From assembly GCA_030606805.1 (NCBI GenBank), contig JAUWFS010000001.1:1-61816 (forward strand): a stretch of 61,816 nucleotides of DNA. The letters are read 5' to 3'. The notes beneath the pieces were generated by a model. The model was not told the origin of the DNA. It saw only the letters and a program-made list of their open reading frames with translations, and did no database searches. The stretch's first letter is position 1, and each line of letters opens with the position of its first letter. The stretch comes from Deltaproteobacteria bacterium. Its GTDB lineage: Bacteria > Desulfobacterota > Desulfobacteria > Desulfobacterales > ETH-SRB1. The position numbers and the translations under genes were made by a program. Below are positions 60,251 through 61,816 of the stretch, in pieces.

Positions 60251-61816
60251 ATGGAATCTATCGATATCATAATCAAAGCCTTCAATCGGGCAAAGACTAC
60301 ATTAAATGAAGTTAGCCGTGATTTGAAAGGTGTTGGACAAGAAGCCCGGAAGCTCGATAAAGATACTTCCAAACAGGCCGTAAGTGGATTACGTAAGTGG
60401 CGTAGTGAATTAGAAAAAACCAAAAAAAGTGTTAAATCTCTCCGCGATGCTTCCCAAAGCATTGTAGATGTTTCGAAGAAGCTTCTCATGGCAGGTGCTG
60501 CTATGGGGGCCGCCGTTTTTTTTCCTATAAAACAAGCTGGTGAATTTGAATCCGCGATGGCTAAAGTTAAAGCCATTATGACAGATGTATCAGAAGAAAC
60601 ATTTGAACGGATGAAGGCACAGGCACGTTCGTTAGGAGAAACCACTCAATATACAGCAACTCAATCTGCCGAAGCATTCACGTTTTTGGCCATGGCCGGC
60701 TTAAATGCCATTGAGGCTATGGAGGCCCTGCCAGGTACATTGCAGTTAGCAGCAGCAGGTGGTCTCGAACTGGCCGTTGCCGCAGATTTGGCTACAAACG
60801 TACTTGCGGGCTTAGGATTTGAGGTAGCACAATTAGGCCGTGTAAATGATGTTCTCGCTCGTGCTGCTTCCAGGGCTAATACCTCTGTAATGGAACTGGG
60901 CGAGGCAATGAAAATTGCTGGTCCCGCGGCCAAAGGTTCTAAGGAAGAATTTGAGGCGGTTGTTGCCGTGCTGGGCGGTATGGCGGATGCTGGTATTAAA
61001 GGCGGTGAAGCTGGAAATGCTGTAAAACGAATGTTAATCCTTCTTCAGAATCCAACCGCAAAAGCTCGTAGCGAACTGGAAAAGCTGAATGTTCCTCTCA
61101 CAGACAGTGAAGGCAAGTTCCGGGGTCTTATTCCTATTTTGCAGGATTTGGGTGAGGCACAGATGGATTTGTCATCCTCTGCAAAAATATTTGGATTATA
61201 CACTGGTGCAGCGGCGATAGCTGCAGCAGGTTCAGCCAAGAAAATGGGTGTGCTTACAGAAGAACTTCGGAATGCCAAGGGCGCTGCCGAAGAAATGGCA
61301 AAGGTTATGCTTGATACGATGCCCGGTGCCTTGACTTTGTTAAGATCTGCAATTGAAGGATTGATGTTATCTGTTGCGGGACCTTTGATGGGTATTTTCA
61401 AGGATATCTTGATAGCCGTAGCAAATACAGTGAGCATGGTAACTGCTTTGGTGAAAGCAACAAGTCCGATTGCTCCTATGTTGTTAGGAATTGTTACTGT
61501 CGCAGGAGCCTTAGTTCTTGCATTAGGTGGATTAGGAATCGTAGTTGGTGGACTCATATATGGTTTTGCTCAGTGGAAAATTGTAACAGCGATGATTGGG
61601 CCAACCTTGGCATTAATTCAAGGTACAGTCATTGCAAACATTGTAACGATGCTACGATTACATGGAGTTGTGGGAATATTAAAGATCGCCTTTCTGGCTC
61701 TTTTACGAGTATTAATAGCCCATCCTCTCATAGCTTTGGGGACAGCTATAAGTGTTCTTTATTTGTATATAAAACAATTGGTGCCAGAGTGGAAAAGATT
61801 GAATGAAGAGGCGGAA
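60251..61816 (+). CDS. tail tape measure protein (3'-truncated at window end)
   Basis: The frame is open for 522 codons to the window edge. Contains TMP core FESAMAKVKAIM...TQYTATQSAEAFTFLAMAGL...LAAAG and C-terminal hydrophobic segments. It is absent from the track because it has no stop. Confidence 0.9.
   Translation, partial: MESIDIIIKAFNRAKTTLNEVSRDLKGVGQEARKLDKDTSKQAVSGLRKWRSELEKTKKSVKSLRDASQSIVDVSKKLLMAGAAMGAAVFFPIKQAGEFESAMAKVKAIMTDVSEETFERMKAQARSLGETTQYTATQSAEAFTFLAMAGLNAIEAMEALPGTLQLAAAGGLELAVAADLATNVLAGLGFEVAQLGRVNDVLARAASRANTSVMELGEAMKIAGPAAKGSKEEFEAVVAVLGGMADAGIKGGEAGNAVKRMLILLQNPTAKARSELEKLNVPLTDSEGKFRGLIPILQDLGEAQMDLSSSAKIFGLYTGAAAIAAAGSAKKMGVLTEELRNAKGAAEEMAKVMLDTMPGALTLLRSAIEGLMLSVAGPLMGIFKDILIAVANTVSMVTALVKATSPIAPMLLGIVTVAGALVLALGGLGIVVGGLIYGFAQWKIVTAMIGPTLALIQGTVIANIVTMLRLHGVVGILKIAFLALLRVLIAHPLIALGTAISVLYLYIKQLVPEWKRLNEEAE

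Noticed and set aside
60190-61557. Three minus-strand ORFs (151, 90 and 170 aa) at the right end
   Set aside because: They are mirror-frame shadows of the + strand tape measure gene. Their Ala/Ser/Pro-rich sequence has no domain features.

Overview
AT-rich, densely packed gene array with every credible gene on the + strand. It reads as most of a tailed dsDNA phage genome with a siphovirus-type tail module. I saw no integrase, tRNA, rRNA or CRISPR array. Gene order: (1) 0-5.7 kb, small early genes interleaved with HNH homing endonucleases; (2) 5.7-12 kb, an N6-type DNA MTase and an intein-containing SNF2 helicase; (3) 14-20 kb, an XRE regulator, a possible annealing protein and an SbcCD-like nuclease; (4) 22-28 kb, SSB, replisome-organizer-like protein, DnaC-like loader, DUF5131 protein and a second MTase; (5) 29-36 kb, AP2/HNH-like paralogs, a RarA_C-SWIM protein and an orphan PurD-like ATP-grasp enzyme; (6) 36.5-41.9 kb, a six-gene amino-sugar/glycosyltransferase island; (7) 43-45 kb, a ParB-like protein and a sigma region-4-like protein; (8) 45.5 kb to the window end, the packaging-head-tail module (TerS candidate, TerL, HNH, portal, MuF-like protein, topoisomerase IB, scaffold, MCP, connectors, tail tube, G/GT chaperone, and a tape measure gene that runs off the window). 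Most notable observations: a mini-intein in the helicase DExH box with a homing-endonuclease gene in an overlapping +1 frame; the phage-borne amino-sugar island, which may glycosylate DNA or the virion; three proteins that end in the SSB tip D-I-P-F; a type IB topoisomerase inside the head module; a covarying hairpin element repeated upstream of the scaffold and capsid genes; and several scars of mobile-element activity (an ectopic TerL fragment, an HNH with TGA at a Cys position, and a 16-bp duplication flanking an inserted gene). All functional calls come from motifs read by eye, and no database search was run.
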